Below are positions 61,475 to 64,000 of a DNA stretch of 64,000 bases, piece after piece. The DNA lies in the NCBI GenBank assembly GCA_001662655.1, contig KV460263.1. One strand, 5' to 3'. The stretch's first letter is position 1; every line of letters begins with the position of its first letter. Source of the stretch: Pseudogymnoascus verrucosus (lineage: Eukaryota). Below the pieces are notes generated by a model. The model ran no database searches, had not been told where the DNA came from, and saw only the letters and a program-made list of their open reading frames with translations. Both the position numbers and the translations under genes were made by a program.

Positions 61475-62872
61475 TTACAACTCACGTGCTCTTGTTCCTT
61501 CAACATTAGGGACAGGGAAACACCCTTGAGTAGTTTCCATGCCAGTTCCTGTTACGCCTAGACTGTTAAATACTTCTCTTTGAAAGTTATCTGGGCAATT
61601 TGGTGTCGTAGTTGGGATCCAACAATATAGAACATCCACCATTTTACCACTCTCTTGTGACGGGACGGTGTCAATTGTTGGTGTAGAAGTGCCCAGCGGA
61701 CAGGTCGTAACAACTAACTGAGGCCATACTGCTGGATCTCCTTGAGTTTCTAATGGATTACCATATGGAACAGTAGCTTGAAGGAATGGCAGCTGAGCTT
61801 CAGGTACTCCATTGTCCCATCCGCAATAAAGGCGCCGAAACATTACTAGACATCGGTAATTAGCTCTCTGCAGTATATTAAAGCTAGAAATAGCCACGAT
61901 CAGATGGAAAAACGTGAATACTGACATAATCCAAACCAGGCATAAGTGTCTGGGTTATTGATTGAAGCTCGGCCGGAATCTACCTGTAAAACGTCTATAA
62001 AAGGCGACGGGATTCCGTGGGTGCCAACAGTATATCCGGAATCGTCAGAAGTATAATCACGGCCATAAATAGGGTCATGTATTTCTTTTCTAAGTTGGAT
62101 TCGATTATGCAAAGCTTCGTGAAAGAGGAACTGACCTGAATATTACGCATCTAGTGTTACTTAATGCCCACTTGTTAAAGGGAAACTGTTTTCACGCACC
62201 AGGATACCATGTAACCATATATCGTGGTGCCGTCTCGCACATTTCGTTATTTCCTGGTACGTCCGGTAGTGACCTGTATTGGTTTTTGAGTTGGAAGAAA
62301 CGGGGGCAAATCGAAAGATTTGGAATCGAGTTGCTGCTATCGGTGGATAGTGTAGGGTCACCATCGCAAGTGCTGGGGCAGGTGACATAAATATAGAAAC
62401 GCGTGCTGTCAAGAGTAGCCATCGTTTCCACCGCTCGTATAACGTTTCCAGCAAGTTGATATTGCAACGTGGAAAGTGAACCGAAGAGCATTTTAGTTCT
62501 GTGAAATTTAGCATATTAACTAATTTAGGTAGGGCATTGATTGAATAAATAACTTGCGAAATTGTTAAAGGAGACAATAAAATAGGCTTTCTTAACAACA
62601 GCAACCTTCGAATTCTGTAACATTGCAAGGAATCTTAATGGATAGACTTACAATGGATCCGCTAACGCAGGATTACCGCCGGTTTGCCATGCTGTATAAA
62701 CCCGATTTGAAAGGATCGAAGCATCGGCGTACCATCCATCCAACTCCTCTTGAGTGATTTGCCCTGTACATGTTCCGTCCATCATACTTATAAATGCAGC
62801 GGACATAGATAGTTGAAACGATGTAAGTAGAAGCCATGTTCGTGGGGAGCGTAATGTACGAAAAAGCAACAT
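61475..62872 (-). CDS. Putative secreted aspzincin (M35-like) zinc metalloprotease
   Basis: Signal-like N-terminus; introns 62499-62651, 62136-62199 and 61846-61925 give an open frame with ICPRFF, FHEALH, HDPIYG, INNPDTYAWF and a Cys-containing C-terminal extension. Confidence 0.68.
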
Positions 62873-64000
62873 GCTGATCAACTAAGGAGATTTGTATGAG
62901 TACTCTTATTCTAGATGGAAAAGCGCAAAGTCTGGATAGAAGATAGCGCAACTTCCAAGAGACCAGTAGGTATTACAATACAAATAGGAGGAAGGGGAGG
63001 AAAATGTGTTTAATTTATTATTGTCGCTAAAACTGGCATGTTACTGAGGTAAGTAGTGAGATAGCTTCCAATCGGCATTAGTGACGTACAAATGTCAAGG
63101 TGACAACGTAACTATGCCGTAATTAAAAAAGGGTCGATCACTGATCTCTTGATCTTTCGATCTGTTATTAAGTTTGATCGCCTTGCAAAAATCTCAATCT
63201 TGCAAGTGGCTCATCACATAGCATTAGACCGCTTCTGTTAGACTAAATCGCGACGGTACCTATCATCTAGAAAAGTCTCTTGATGAGTGGAATTTTATTT
63301 TGGAACGAGTGGTTTTAATGTATAAGTTACAAATAAACATATCGAGTTTTTAGCTTGCTTAATTAACAGTAATTATAGACTATAATATAACGTAGCTATA
63401 GCTGTGCAATGCTGCTATAATCGTTCCGTTGTGCCTAAAGGTATGGAACTAGTTGGGGTTAAGGGGTACTCTCCTAAGCCGAAAGAATTAATACTAGAAT
63501 TCAGGTAGACGATGAGCTGTCATAGAAACTCTACAGGTGGAATTGACAGTTACCCTACCCTATGGACATTGCATCTCCTACATCTTCATAGATTATAACG
63601 GACCCCAATTTCAAATCTGTCTGTCCAATAGAAGGGAAGGTTTTGTAAAGTTACCCTAGAGCTCTATTGCAATGTATGTTTGCTGCAATTTAGGGGCACC
63701 TAGTGTTGCATGTAATAAACATAGCCCAATAGTGCCCATTGCAAGCAGAGTAGGGTGTGCTAGGTAAAGTTTTCACAGGAAAACGGGTTGTCGAAAGCGT
63801 CCTCTCTCGCAACTTGTTTTTGTCACAGGTTGAACCAGAAATTGCAAATTGGATTAATCGGTCCGAATGTGCTGCTAACAGCTAAATCCATGATGTAGAT
63901 TTCTTTTGTATTGTATAAACCAAATTGTATAAACCAAGGTTATCTTAGCGCAAATATGGGCGAGTCGTTCGGTCTTTCCAGTTTAAGACTAAAATAAAAA

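Noticed and set aside
1..64000. CRISPR array, tRNA genes, autonomous transposase or retroelement ORF
   Set aside because: None seen; the sequence is eukaryotic and the repeats lack repeat-spacer organisation.

Overview
This is filamentous ascomycete (Pezizomycotina) nuclear DNA with short GT-AG introns and CTRAC branch sites. About 21 protein-coding genes can be modelled by eye, in four blocks. (1) 1-22 kb is a housekeeping/regulatory block: RING protein, EBP/EXPERA protein, RWD-RBR E3 ligase, NDT80/VIB-1-clade factor, DUF2011-like protein, mitochondrial LeuRS, LAT permease and an orphan 7TM protein. (2) 22-38.5 kb is a secreted-enzyme island: GH43+CBM35, two convergent AA9 LPMOs of different subtype sharing a 92%-identical linker-CBM1, an L-amino acid oxidase, a GMC oxidoreductase and a PTH11-like receptor. 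(3) 40-60 kb holds a GAS2-domain protein, an F-box-like protein, a TA-flanked MITE, a CTF1beta/FarB-type Zn2Cys6 factor and an ABC-F ATPase, with a strong oscillating C/G strand skew over about 46-59 kb. (4) 60.5-64 kb is decayed accessory DNA: a half 5S rRNA gene, a collapsed NRPS adenylation-domain relic and a divergent secreted HExxH aspzincin-like gene. All assignments come from motif recognition; no searches were run.
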